64,000 nt of DNA from Candidatus Krumholzibacteriota bacterium (lineage in GTDB: Bacteria; Krumholzibacteriota; Krumholzibacteriia; LZORAL124-64-63). Location of the stretch: NCBI GenBank assembly GCA_024275485.1, contig JAJRZA010000050.1, positions 18,033-82,032 on the forward strand, read 5' to 3'. The translations under genes and the position numbers were made by a program. The notes under the pieces are model-generated. The model did not search any database, was not told the origin of the DNA, and saw only the letters and a program-made list of their open reading frames with translations. This document shows, in pieces, positions 45,220-54,479 of the stretch; the first letter of the stretch is position 1; the number at the start of each line of letters is the position of its first letter.

Positions 45220-46664
45220 ATTATCGTTCCGTCATCAAGGTTCTCGGCTTCCTGCTGCTGGTGACATCGGCTTGCCTGGTTTTGCCGGCCCTGGTTTCGT
45301 TGGCCTACCGGGAGACCGACTGGCCGTATTTTCTGGCTGCCACCGGGATTGGCGTTCTGCTCGGTGGCGGAACACTGCTGGTTCTGCGTGATGCTCCCGA
45401 TCTGCGGGTCCGCGAGGGATTTGCCGTGGTGGCTTTCGGCTGGATCTGTGTGGGACTGCTGGGGGCCTTGCCCTTCTGGCTCAGCGGACAGGTTCCATCT
45501 TTCACAGATGCCGCCTTTGAGTCCATCAGTGGATTCACAACCACCGGAGCTTCCATCCTGACCGACATTGAGGGTTGCAGTCATGGGATGCTCTTTTGGC
45601 GGGCCATGACCCACTGGCTGGGAGGCATGGGCATTGTCCTGTTGGCCCTGGCCATTTTGCCGCTGTTGGGTGTGGGTGGAATGCAGCTTTTTCGGGCCGA
45701 AGTGCCCGGGCCGGTGGCTGAACGCCTGACGCCCCGCATTCGCGAGACGGCAAAAATTCTCTGGGGTGTTTATGTGCTGCTGACGGCAGCTGAGATATTG
45801 GCTCTGCTGCTGGCCGGGATGGGACTCTTCGATGCCGTTTGCCACAGCTTTGCCACCATGGCCACCGGGGGATTCAGCAACCACAACAGCAGTGTGGGAG
45901 GATATGCCTCACCAGCCGTTGAATGGGTGATCATCGTTTTCATGTTTCTTGCCGGCGCCAATTTCTCCCTGCACTTCCTGGCCCTGAAAGGGAAATGGAG
46001 GGTCTATTTTCGGGACGAGGAGTTCAAGTTCTACGGCACAATCATTCTGGTTTGCACGAGCATGATCATGGCCACCCTGGTGCCCATTCATTTCTATCCC
46101 CATTGGGGTGAAGCCTTCAGGCGGTCTCTTTTCCAGGTGGTGTCCATCCTCACCACCACCGGGTTTGGCACGGCAGATTATCTTATTTGGCCTCCTCTTG
46201 CCCACGGCCTCCTGTTGGTGCTTATGGCCGTGGGGGGCTGTGCCGGTTCGACCGGTGGCGGCATCAAGGTGATGCGGGTGCTCATCCTGCTCAAGCATGC
46301 CAAGCTGGAACTCAGGAAGATGCTTCATCCGCGCGGCGTGTTCACCCTGTGGTTCAACGGCCGGGCCATTTCCAGCAGTTTGCAAACCAATGTCCTGGGT
46401 TTCTTCTTGTTGTACATGATGGTTTATGTGGGCGGGGTTTTGATTCTGACCATGGGAGGGCGTGACCTGGTGACCAGCGTAGGTGCCACCGCGGCCACTC
46501 TGGGGAATATCGGCCCAGGTTTGGGGTTGGTGGGTCCGGCCAGCAATTATTCCACTTTGCTGGATTGGGAAAAATGGCTGCTGGTCATGTTTATGGTGAT
46601 TGGCCGCCTGGAGCTGTTCACTGTGCTGGTTCTCTTTTTGCCGGGAGCCTGGCGGAAAAGCTGA
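45216..46664 (+). CDS. trkH: Trk system potassium uptake permease TrkH
   Basis: SGFTTTG, TGGFS, TTTGF, GSTGGGIK, NIGPG and GRLE motifs. Confidence 0.96.
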   Translation: MNYRSVIKVLGFLLLVTSACLVLPALVSLAYRETDWPYFLAATGIGVLLGGGTLLVLRDAPDLRVREGFAVVAFGWICVGLLGALPFWLSGQVPSFTDAAFESISGFTTTGASILTDIEGCSHGMLFWRAMTHWLGGMGIVLLALAILPLLGVGGMQLFRAEVPGPVAERLTPRIRETAKILWGVYVLLTAAEILALLLAGMGLFDAVCHSFATMATGGFSNHNSSVGGYASPAVEWVIIVFMFLAGANFSLHFLALKGKWRVYFRDEEFKFYGTIILVCTSMIMATLVPIHFYPHWGEAFRRSLFQVVSILTTTGFGTADYLIWPPLAHGLLLVLMAVGGCAGSTGGGIKVMRVLILLKHAKLELRKMLHPRGVFTLWFNGRAISSSLQTNVLGFFLLYMMVYVGGVLILTMGGRDLVTSVGATAATLGNIGPGLGLVGPASNYSTLLDWEKWLLVMFMVIGRLELFTVLVLFLPGAWRKS

Positions 46665-46694
46665 TCCAGACCCTCAGAGAGGAGATAATCGACC

Positions 46695-47543
46695 ATGGAT
46701 ATAGCCAACCTCCCTCGACCCGAATGGGCCTTTGATCCGGCCATGGCCTGCGAAAATTGTTCTGAATTTATTCGCAGCACTCTGGCGGCTGCAGGAATCG
46801 ACAACCTGGTATTGGGTCTCAGCGGGGGCATCGACTCGGCAGTGGCCGCTGGGCTTGCGGTGAGAGCATTGGGTGCGGACAATGTTCTGGGAATCATGAT
46901 GCCCTATTCCACAAGCAGCGCGGCTTCGATTACCGATGCCGCAGCCGTGGCAACTGCCCTTGGCATGAAAACCGAAACAGTCAGCATCGCCCCCATGGCC
47001 GATGCTTTCCTCAGTGATATCCCCGCCGGCGATTTGGTGCGTCGGGGAAACATCATGGCCCGCTGCCGCATGGTGATCTTGTACGACCGCTCGGCCAGGG
47101 ATGGTTCCCTGGTTCTGGGCACCGGCAACCGCACCGAAGCATTGTTGGGTTATACCACCCTCTTTGGTGACAGTGCCTGCGCCCTGAATCCTATCGGACA
47201 ACTTTACAAAACCGAAATTCGTTTGCTGGGAACCTGGATGGGCCTGCCCGACCCGGTGTTGACCAAGGTTCCGAGCGCCGATCTCTGGGAAGGCCAATCC
47301 GATGAGGACGAACTGGGTTTCACGTATGCCGAAGTTGATAATCTCCTGCACGCCATGATTGATCTGGGTCGCCCAAACGCGGACTTGATTGCCGATGGTT
47401 TTGCTGACGGTCTTGTCATCCGTGTCCGCCAACGGGTACAGGCCATGGCCTTCAAACGACGATTGGCGCCGACCGCTGAGTTTTCAGGCCGCCCAAATCC
47501 TGGTTTTGCCCTGGCCGCCCGCAAGGATGGAGGCTTTCATTGA
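46695..47543 (+). CDS. nadE: NH3-dependent NAD+ synthetase
   Basis: GLSGGIDS, GNIMARCRM, GTGN, PSADL and DEDELG motifs. Confidence 0.95.
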   Translation: MDIANLPRPEWAFDPAMACENCSEFIRSTLAAAGIDNLVLGLSGGIDSAVAAGLAVRALGADNVLGIMMPYSTSSAASITDAAAVATALGMKTETVSIAPMADAFLSDIPAGDLVRRGNIMARCRMVILYDRSARDGSLVLGTGNRTEALLGYTTLFGDSACALNPIGQLYKTEIRLLGTWMGLPDPVLTKVPSADLWEGQSDEDELGFTYAEVDNLLHAMIDLGRPNADLIADGFADGLVIRVRQRVQAMAFKRRLAPTAEFSGRPNPGFALAARKDGGFH

Positions 47544-48267
47544 CCACGGTGAATCTACCTGAGATCGAATTCCCTGCCGGATTGTGCCATTTTGTGGCCA
47601 CCCCCATTGGAAATCTGGCCGACGTGAGTTTGCGCGCCTTGGCCGTATTGGCCGCTGCCGATGTGGTCTATTGCGAAGACACTCGTCATACCCGGCGTCT
47701 GTTGAATCGCTACGATTTGAAATGCCATCTGATGAGTTATCATGACCATAACAAACTGAAGGCCGTGCCCCAAATCGTTGATCGGTTGCGGGCCGGCGAA
47801 AAAGTGGTGGTTGTTAGCGACGCGGGGATGCCTTGCATTTCGGACCCTGGTTTTACCCTGGCCCGTCGTCTGCTGGAGGAAGAATTGCCCTGGACCGTTA
47901 TTCCCGGGCCGAGCAGTACCCTGGCCGCGCTGGTTCTTTCGGGATTTTCGCCTGACCGATTCCTTTTTTGGGGTATCTTCCCCGTAAGAAAGGCAAGCGG
48001 ACCACTTTTCTGACGAGCGCCCTGGAAGAGCCCGGCACCGTCCTGTTACTGGAATCCTGCCACCGGATCACCTCCACTTTGGAGATTCTCGCGGAGCTTG
48101 CTCCGACCAGGATTATGGCCGTGGCACGGGAGATCACCAAGTTGCACGAAGAAACTTTGCGCGGCACCGCCGCCGATTTGCTCAAGGTCATGATTGGCCG
48201 ACGACTCAAAGGTGAACTGGTCCTGGTTCTGCAGGGCCAAGCCTCAGCACGCGATCCGGAGGAATGA
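47540..48267 (+). pseudogene. rsmI: 16S rRNA C1402 2'-O-methyltransferase split by a 1-nt deletion in a T-run (pseudogene, phase variant or sequencing error)
   Basis: N-half ATPIGNL, CEDTR, SDAGMP in 47540..48013; C-half GYLPRK, ESCHR, REITKLHEE, KGE in 47968..48267. One extra T at 47964-47969 restores F-L-F-L-G-Y. Confidence 0.88.
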
Positions 48268-48929
48268 TGGATATCAATCAATTCAAACAAGACTTCCGCA
48301 AGGGTGTGCGGCCGGTCGTTCTCATACTTGACCGATTGGGAATGTCTCCCCTGACCGTGTCCATCCTGGGCCTGGTGATCACCGCTGTTTCGGGTTGGAT
48401 CATTGCCAAAGGAGCCCTTTTTGGCGGTGCCCTGGTTTTTTTGCTGGGTTCTGGATTCGACATGCTTGATGGTGATCTTGCCCGGATTCAAGGAACCGTT
48501 TCCAGGCGTGGGGCCTTCCTTGATTCATGTTTTGACCGTTTGGGCGAAGCTTTCCTCTTTGCAGGTCTGACCTGGTATTTCGCAGGCCTGCCCCAGGAGG
48601 TGGCCCGGCTGCCACTGGTCCTGATCACGGCCACGGTGGTGGGCAGCCTGACCACCAGTTACGTTCGCGCCCGGGCTGAAGGAGTGGGGCAAACCTGTTT
48701 TGTAGGCTTCCTGCAACGAACCGAACGGGTCATCCTGCTCACCATTGGCTTGTTGCTGGGTCGATGGGCTCTGGTTCCTGTTCTGGCCTTCCTGGCCATA
48801 GCCACCCTGGGCACCACCGTTCAGCGAATTGTTCATGTGGCAGCCAAACTGCCCGGTCCCGGCGACCCGCAGGATACTGAAGATTCAGATTCAGACGAAA
48901 CAGAAGATGCAGTGGAGGAGACCCCGTGA
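48264..48929 (+). CDS. CDP-alcohol phosphatidyltransferase, PIP-synthase/PgsA-like
   Basis: DMLDGDLAR...GAFLDSCFDR, SYVRARAE and QRTER motifs. Confidence 0.85.
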   Translation: MMDINQFKQDFRKGVRPVVLILDRLGMSPLTVSILGLVITAVSGWIIAKGALFGGALVFLLGSGFDMLDGDLARIQGTVSRRGAFLDSCFDRLGEAFLFAGLTWYFAGLPQEVARLPLVLITATVVGSLTTSYVRARAEGVGQTCFVGFLQRTERVILLTIGLLLGRWALVPVLAFLAIATLGTTVQRIVHVAAKLPGPGDPQDTEDSDSDETEDAVEETP

Positions 48930-49591
48930 CTCCGCAAGGTGCCCATTCGGTCAGTGACCCCGGTCTTCTAATCACTTTCGAAGGACCTGAAGGCAGTGGC
49001 AAGACCACTCTCATCCGCACCCTCGCCGCTCACATCAGTGGCCGTGGAGACGATCCCCTGCTCACCCGCGAGCCGGGTGGAACACCCATCGGGGAACGAG
49101 TACGCAATATTCTTTTGGATAATGCGTCGAACAACATGTGCGCCGAAACGGAACTGATGCTGATGGTTGCCAGCCGGGCCCAACTGGTCAGGGAAAAGAT
49201 CCAACCCGCCCTGGAAGCGGGTTTGATCATCTTGTGCGACCGTTTTGCCGACGCTTCGGTGGCCTACCAGGGTTTTGGCCGTGGGCTGGGTGAAAAAACC
49301 GTTGACCGTTTGAACGATATCGCTCTGGCCGGCGTTCAACCCGACTTGACTTTTTTCTGTCTCCTGCCACCGGAAGAGGGCCGAGCCCGGCAAAGCAGCA
49401 GCCAAACCGACCGTTTGGACCGTGAGGCCATCGAATTCCATCAGCGGGTGTTCGAAGGCTATCAGCTTTTGGCAAACTCCGGGAAAAGCCGTATTCATGT
49501 CATTGATGCGTCGGCCAGTCCCGAACAAATGTTCGAGGAGGCACTTGCCAGACTCAGAATGGTGGAACACGGCTTGCTAAAGTACCTTTAA
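48926..49591 (+). CDS. tmk: Thymidylate kinase
   Basis: FEGPEGSGKTT, REPGG and DRF..ASVAYQG motifs. Confidence 0.96.
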   Translation: MTPQGAHSVSDPGLLITFEGPEGSGKTTLIRTLAAHISGRGDDPLLTREPGGTPIGERVRNILLDNASNNMCAETELMLMVASRAQLVREKIQPALEAGLIILCDRFADASVAYQGFGRGLGEKTVDRLNDIALAGVQPDLTFFCLLPPEEGRARQSSSQTDRLDREAIEFHQRVFEGYQLLANSGKSRIHVIDASASPEQMFEEALARLRMVEHGLLKYL

Positions 49592-49724
49592 TTCAATCAG
49601 TCCTGGGCGAGAACAAGGAATTTCGGCCGGAATTCGGTTGCGGGCCGAATTTCCAGACAACCAATGCTGCCAGATTTGCAGCCAACTAGTGCGATCAAAT
49701 CATACAGCCAACGAAGGAATGACC

Positions 49725-51449
49725 ATGGCTTTTTTTCCCAATACAAACCGACCAACCTCAACCAGTTTTTCGGGGTTTTCCCGAGTGTTGTTGACCGCAG
49801 TCCTGATGACGGTTCTGTTCAGCTGCACCGTTCAGGCGGCCGACGATCCTGCCGCCCGACGCCGGGAATTCTACGACAACCTGAAAATCCTGGGCGAAGC
49901 CTACGAACGTATCATCAACAACTATGTGGATGAGAAGGATCCCAAGGAAATCATGGAAGCCGGCGTCAAGGGTATGCTGAAAATTCTGGATGAGCATTCC
50001 AATTATCTGCCTCCGGTCAATTACGAAGACCTGATGATGTCCACCGAAGGAGAGTTCGGCGGCCTGGGCATCACCATTAATATTCGGGATCACTATCCCA
50101 CGGTGGTATCACCCATCGAAGGCACACCCGCCTACTATATGGGCATTCAGGGTGGCGATCAGATCATTGAAATCGAAGGCGAAACCACCCGCGATTTCAC
50201 CAGTCGCGATGCGGTGAAAAAGTTGCGCGGCCCCAAAGGCACCAAGGTGAACATCACCATCGCTCGGCCCGGCAGCAAAGAGCCCTTTCCCTTGACCATC
50301 GTGCGCGATATCATCAAGGTCGAGAGTGTTCCCTATGCTTTCATGATGGGTGATATTGGCTATGTGAAAGTGCAGAATTTTGCTCGCACCACCCACCATG
50401 AATTGGAAGACAAGCTGCAAGAATTGACGGATCAGGGTATGAAGGGTTTGATCCTGGATCTGCGCTTCAACCCCGGCGGGTTGCTCTATGCCGCCCAGGA
50501 AGTCAGTTCTCTATTCTTGGAGGATGAACAACTGGTGGTCTTCACCAAGGGCCGTTTGCGCGATCAGAACAAAAGCTATTATGCCGCAAATCGGGGCCCC
50601 ATCTTCAACAAGGTTCCTGTAATCGTGATGGTCAATGGCTCATCCGCTTCCGCCAGTGAGATCGTGGCGGCGGCACTGCAGGACCACGATGCCGGCCTGG
50701 TTGTGGGTAAAACCAGCTTCGGCAAGGGATCTGTCCAAACTGTTTTCCGTCTGGACGAGGACGAAGCTCTCAAACTGACCACCGCCCGCTATTACACTCC
50801 AAGCGGTCGCTCCATCCACAAAAACCGGAGCCGTGACGGCGGACTGAGCGAAGAGGACCATCCTGTGGTGGATCTGGAAAAGGATCCCGCCAAAGAAGAG
50901 ATGGATCGTTTCGACAAGGAAAAATTCTACACCGACAGCGGTCGTGTTATTTACGGCAGTGGCGGCGTAACCCCCGACATCGAAATCGATCAGGACTTCA
51001 TGTCCGACTTTGAAATGAGTGTGGAGCGCGATGGTGCCCTGTTCAGTTTTGCCGTGGAGTACGCCAACGAACATGAAGGCGTCAACGGAGACTTCCAGGT
51101 TAGCGACGACACCTTCGCACGCTTCAAATCATTCCTGGGTGAGCGGGAAAAAATTGGTGAATACCTGGAAGTTTTTGAGCTCACCTACAGCGATTCCCTG
51201 GCTGATGCCAACAGTGATTTCATCAAACGTGGTATTCGTCGTGAAATGGCTCGCAGGATCAGCGGTCCCACCGCCGCCTACAAAGTGGCCATCGAAGCTG
51301 ATAGTCAACTCCATGAGGCCCTGGAACTGTTCAATGATGCGCCGTCCCTGGGAGCCCTGCTGAAAAGCGCGGCCGAGTGGAACGAGAAGCAAATGGAGGT
51401 GCTGGCGGCCGAAAAATCCGCTGCCGAAGAGGAAACCGTGTCCAACTGA
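49725..51449 (+). CDS. S41 carboxy-terminal processing protease with PDZ domain
   Basis: FGGLGI, DLRFNPGG, SASASE, SFGKGSVQ, TTARYYTPSG and GGVTPD motifs; signal peptide. Confidence 0.95.
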   Translation: MAFFPNTNRPTSTSFSGFSRVLLTAVLMTVLFSCTVQAADDPAARRREFYDNLKILGEAYERIINNYVDEKDPKEIMEAGVKGMLKILDEHSNYLPPVNYEDLMMSTEGEFGGLGITINIRDHYPTVVSPIEGTPAYYMGIQGGDQIIEIEGETTRDFTSRDAVKKLRGPKGTKVNITIARPGSKEPFPLTIVRDIIKVESVPYAFMMGDIGYVKVQNFARTTHHELEDKLQELTDQGMKGLILDLRFNPGGLLYAAQEVSSLFLEDEQLVVFTKGRLRDQNKSYYAANRGPIFNKVPVIVMVNGSSASASEIVAAALQDHDAGLVVGKTSFGKGSVQTVFRLDEDEALKLTTARYYTPSGRSIHKNRSRDGGLSEEDHPVVDLEKDPAKEEMDRFDKEKFYTDSGRVIYGSGGVTPDIEIDQDFMSDFEMSVERDGALFSFAVEYANEHEGVNGDFQVSDDTFARFKSFLGEREKIGEYLEVFELTYSDSLADANSDFIKRGIRREMARRISGPTAAYKVAIEADSQLHEALELFNDAPSLGALLKSAAEWNEKQMEVLAAEKSAAEEETVSN

Positions 51450-51477
51450 TCAGTCGGTTTTTTGTTCCAACTGCTCC

Positions 51478-51515
51478 AAATGCCCTCGGTGCCTGGAAGG
51501 TGCCGGGGGCATTTT
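51478..51515 (+). terminator. Intrinsic terminator-like hairpin
   Basis: AAATGCCCTCGGTGCC-TGGAA-GGTGCCGGGGGCATTTT. Confidence 0.6.
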
Positions 51516-51606
51516 ACAATCTCGCTTGCCGTCAGCAGCGCCATCTGGCAGGCTTGCGGTGCCGAGAACTCATCCAATCTTTTTATCCCAAGGAATGAAT
51601 CAGGAC

Positions 51607-52860
51607 ATGCTGAAAAAACTGCAAAGTCTGGCCCGGATCCACAGGGAAAAATCGCCCGACCAACTCGACCTGACCAGCGCCGAACATCTGGCCCTGGCTA
51701 CCAATTTCGCCGACGAATTGCTAGCTGCCAGGGGTGCTCCTGCCGACTACCTGGCTTTGGAGTCCGAACTGGTGGCCAAGAAGGACCAGATACCTCTGTT
51801 GGTGCACCTTGCTGTCAAGCTGGCCTTGTCCCGGAGCCGGGTGCTTTTGTGGCCGGGCCCAGCCCACCTTTCGGTGGTTTTTGCGGTGTACAAAGAGCAC
51901 CAGCGAATTCTTGGCAGCGACCAGGCTGCTGGTGGCGAAGATTTTCTGCGGCGTAAGGTCCACCAACTGGAATGGTTGTTCGCAGGTAGGAAGGATCTGA
52001 CCTGGGACATGTATGTGGTGGACGACGGCTGTCCCGAAGGCAGTGGTCGCATCGCCCAGGAGATCATTGATGAAGATGATCTGGGTGGTCGAGTCCGTGT
52101 GCTGTTCCTGGCTGAAGCCATCAAGCAGGGTCTGCCGGTGGTCTCTTCCCTGGCCGACACCGCACAGAGTATGAAAGGCGGTTCCGTGGAACTGGGTATG
52201 TGGACCGCCGCTGAGCAGGATAGGGATAACCACGTGATCGTTTTCACTGATGCGGACCTTTCCACTCACCTCGGTCAATCTGGATTGCTGATGGACGGCA
52301 TCCTGGAAAAGGGTTTCGATGCAGCCATCGGTTCCCGACGCCTGGCCGCTTCGGTGGTGATCAAAAAAGGCTCCCGCAATACCAGGGGCAAGCTCTTTAT
52401 CTACTTGTGGAAACGAATCATTTCCAGCATTCCGGATATCATCGACACCCAATGCGGGTTCAAGGGATTCCGGGCATCGACGGTGCGCAAGATCGTGCCC
52501 GATATGCTGGAAAAGAAATTTGCCTTCGACATTGAGTTGCTCATCAAGACCATAGTGGAGAGACCCGACTCCATCGTGCAGGTACCGGTGGCCTGGATCG
52601 ACAGTGATATCTTGTCCACAACCACCGACATTCAGCCATATTTGCCCATGTTGCAGGCGATTGCGGGAATGTATCGCCATTACCTGGATACCACCGCCGA
52701 TGGCTCCGCCTTTGCCGATTTTGTGGACAGCCTGGACGAAGGGTACTGGGAACGGTTGCAAAACAACATCCCGGCAGGCATAACCGATCGTGAACCGGCT
52801 GAATATGTGGAGTATGCAGGGGTCACTGTCCAAGAGTTGAACCGGGCCTGCGCCGGGTAG
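51607..52860 (+). CDS. GT2-family glycosyltransferase (dolichyl-phosphate glucosyltransferase-like core)
   Basis: VVDDG, KGG, FTDADLS, IGSR, DTQCGFK and FAFDIE motifs. Confidence 0.82.
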   Translation: MLKKLQSLARIHREKSPDQLDLTSAEHLALATNFADELLAARGAPADYLALESELVAKKDQIPLLVHLAVKLALSRSRVLLWPGPAHLSVVFAVYKEHQRILGSDQAAGGEDFLRRKVHQLEWLFAGRKDLTWDMYVVDDGCPEGSGRIAQEIIDEDDLGGRVRVLFLAEAIKQGLPVVSSLADTAQSMKGGSVELGMWTAAEQDRDNHVIVFTDADLSTHLGQSGLLMDGILEKGFDAAIGSRRLAASVVIKKGSRNTRGKLFIYLWKRIISSIPDIIDTQCGFKGFRASTVRKIVPDMLEKKFAFDIELLIKTIVERPDSIVQVPVAWIDSDILSTTTDIQPYLPMLQAIAGMYRHYLDTTADGSAFADFVDSLDEGYWERLQNNIPAGITDREPAEYVEYAGVTVQELNRACAG

Positions 52861-52875
52861 GAATCCAAAACATTA

Positions 52876-52911
52876 CCCCGACCGATCCCATGATCGGCCG
52901 GGGTTCCTTTT
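52876..52911. terminator. Terminator hairpin between convergent genes
   Basis: CCCCGACCGATC-CCAT-GATCGGCCGGGG followed by TTCCTTTT. Confidence 0.55.
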
Positions 52912-52926
52912 CCGGAAGAACCGGCC

Positions 52927-53841
52927 CTAACCCGTTTTCTTGATCAAACTGGTCGCCGCGGCCACCATGCTACCAACCTCGCTCAAATTTGAGGGGATGA
53001 TCAAGGTATTGCCTTCCTTGGCCAGCTTGCCAAATTCACCAATGTACTGCTCGGCCACCCGCAGGTTCACGGCACTTTCACCCCCGGGCTCCTGGATGGC
53101 GGCGGCGATGGAGCGGATTCCTTCGGCGGTTGCCGTGGCCACCATTTTTATCTCTTCAGCCAAACCTTCGGCTTCATTGATTCGTTTCATCTTTTCGCCT
53201 TCGGAAGTTTTGATGGCTTCCTGCTTGGTGCCTTCGGCCACGTTGATGCGAGCCTGACGTTCACCTTCGGATTCGGCAATGGTGGCGCGTTTCTGGCGTT
53301 CGGCCCGCATCTGCTTTTCCAGGGCGTCGCGCACTGTCTGGGGCGGATGAATGTTCTTGATCTCATAACGGGTGATTTTCACGCCCCAGGGATCGGAGGC
53401 CTTGTCTACAGCGGCGATGATGGCGTGGTTGATGGTGTCGCGTTCTTCGAAGGTGCGATCCAGTTCCAGCTTGCCGATTTCCGAACGCATGGTCGTCTGG
53501 GAGAGCTGGGTTGAGGCAAACAGGAAATTCTCGATACCATAACTGGCCTTGACCGGATCGGTGACCTGAAGGTAAAGCACACCATCGACTTCCACGGCGA
53601 TGTTGTCCCTGGTGATGCACATCTGGGGGGGGACATCCACAGCCACTTCTTTCATGGAGTGTTTGTAGGCCACCCGATCGAGGAACGGTGTCAGAATATG
53701 GAATCCGGCCTTCAAGGTTCGCGAGTACTTGCCCAGACGCTCCACAATGTAGGCACTTTTTTGTGGCACGATGCGCGCCGTGTTCAGCAAGGTGATGATA
53801 ATCAGGGCAGCAATACCAGCAGCAACGATAGGTCCCAACAT
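52927..53841 (-). CDS. SPFH/paraslipin (QmcA-like) protein
   Basis: VERLGKY, ITRDN, WGVKITRYEI and QMRAER motifs; paired with NfeD. Confidence 0.93.
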   Translation of the reverse strand: MLGPIVAAGIAALIIITLLNTARIVPQKSAYIVERLGKYSRTLKAGFHILTPFLDRVAYKHSMKEVAVDVPPQMCITRDNIAVEVDGVLYLQVTDPVKASYGIENFLFASTQLSQTTMRSEIGKLELDRTFEERDTINHAIIAAVDKASDPWGVKITRYEIKNIHPPQTVRDALEKQMRAERQKRATIAESEGERQARINVAEGTKQEAIKTSEGEKMKRINEAEGLAEEIKMVATATAEGIRSIAAAIQEPGGESAVNLRVAEQYIGEFGKLAKEGNTLIIPSNLSEVGSMVAAATSLIKKTG

Positions 53842-53887
53842 AACAGTCCTCCAATGAATGCCGTCACGACGACGGCCGATTGTATGA

Positions 53888-54337
53888 TCAAACAGGATCT
53901 ACCAACAGAGTGATGCTGTCCACTCCGGTGACGCGGGCGCGCTCTCCTGCAGCAATGGGTTCCGTGCTACGGGCACTCCACTGAGCCCCTTTGAATTCCA
54001 CACGACCGCTGCCGTCGGCAGGATCAATGTCTTCGATTACGGTGACAATTTGCCCATGGAAATCATCGAGGTTGCTCTCGGGGTTTTGCGAGTCACCTTC
54101 AAATCCGATAAACCGGGCCTGGAACCAACGCCTCAACAGCACCAGATACAACACCGAACTGACAGCGAAAACCAGCAATTGCGACGTCCAGCCGGCAGTC
54201 AGACCAATCCAGGAGGTAACCGCTGCGGTCCAGGCACCCAGGCCGAAAAAAACGAGGATGATGCCCGGAGCGAAGAATTCGGAAAGGATCAGACCCAGGC
54301 CGATCAGGAACCAGATCAACTGAGGATTGAAAGTCAT
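53888..54337 (-). CDS. NfeD-like (YbbJ-type) membrane protein
   Basis: Three TM helices plus OB-fold GRVEFKGAQWSA. Confidence 0.9.
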   Translation of the reverse strand: MTFNPQLIWFLIGLGLILSEFFAPGIILVFFGLGAWTAAVTSWIGLTAGWTSQLLVFAVSSVLYLVLLRRWFQARFIGFEGDSQNPESNLDDFHGQIVTVIEDIDPADGSGRVEFKGAQWSARSTEPIAAGERARVTGVDSITLLVDPV

Positions 54338-54424
54338 GGTTGTCTCCTTGGTCCGCGGTGGTTTGGCGGAAGTGCCAACGGGAGATTTAACCCGTAGAAT
54401 GGCGCTTTATTCAAGAAGAAATAG

Positions 54425-54462
54425 AAAAAACTCCCAGGCCTTGAGACCCGGGAGTTTGTTTT
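54425..54462 (-). terminator. Intrinsic terminator after cheV
   Basis: AAACTCCC.GG / CC.GGGAGTTT stem with an A6 run (U-tract on the minus strand). Confidence 0.6.
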
Positions 54463-54479
54463 CGAGGGGTATTGTCAGA

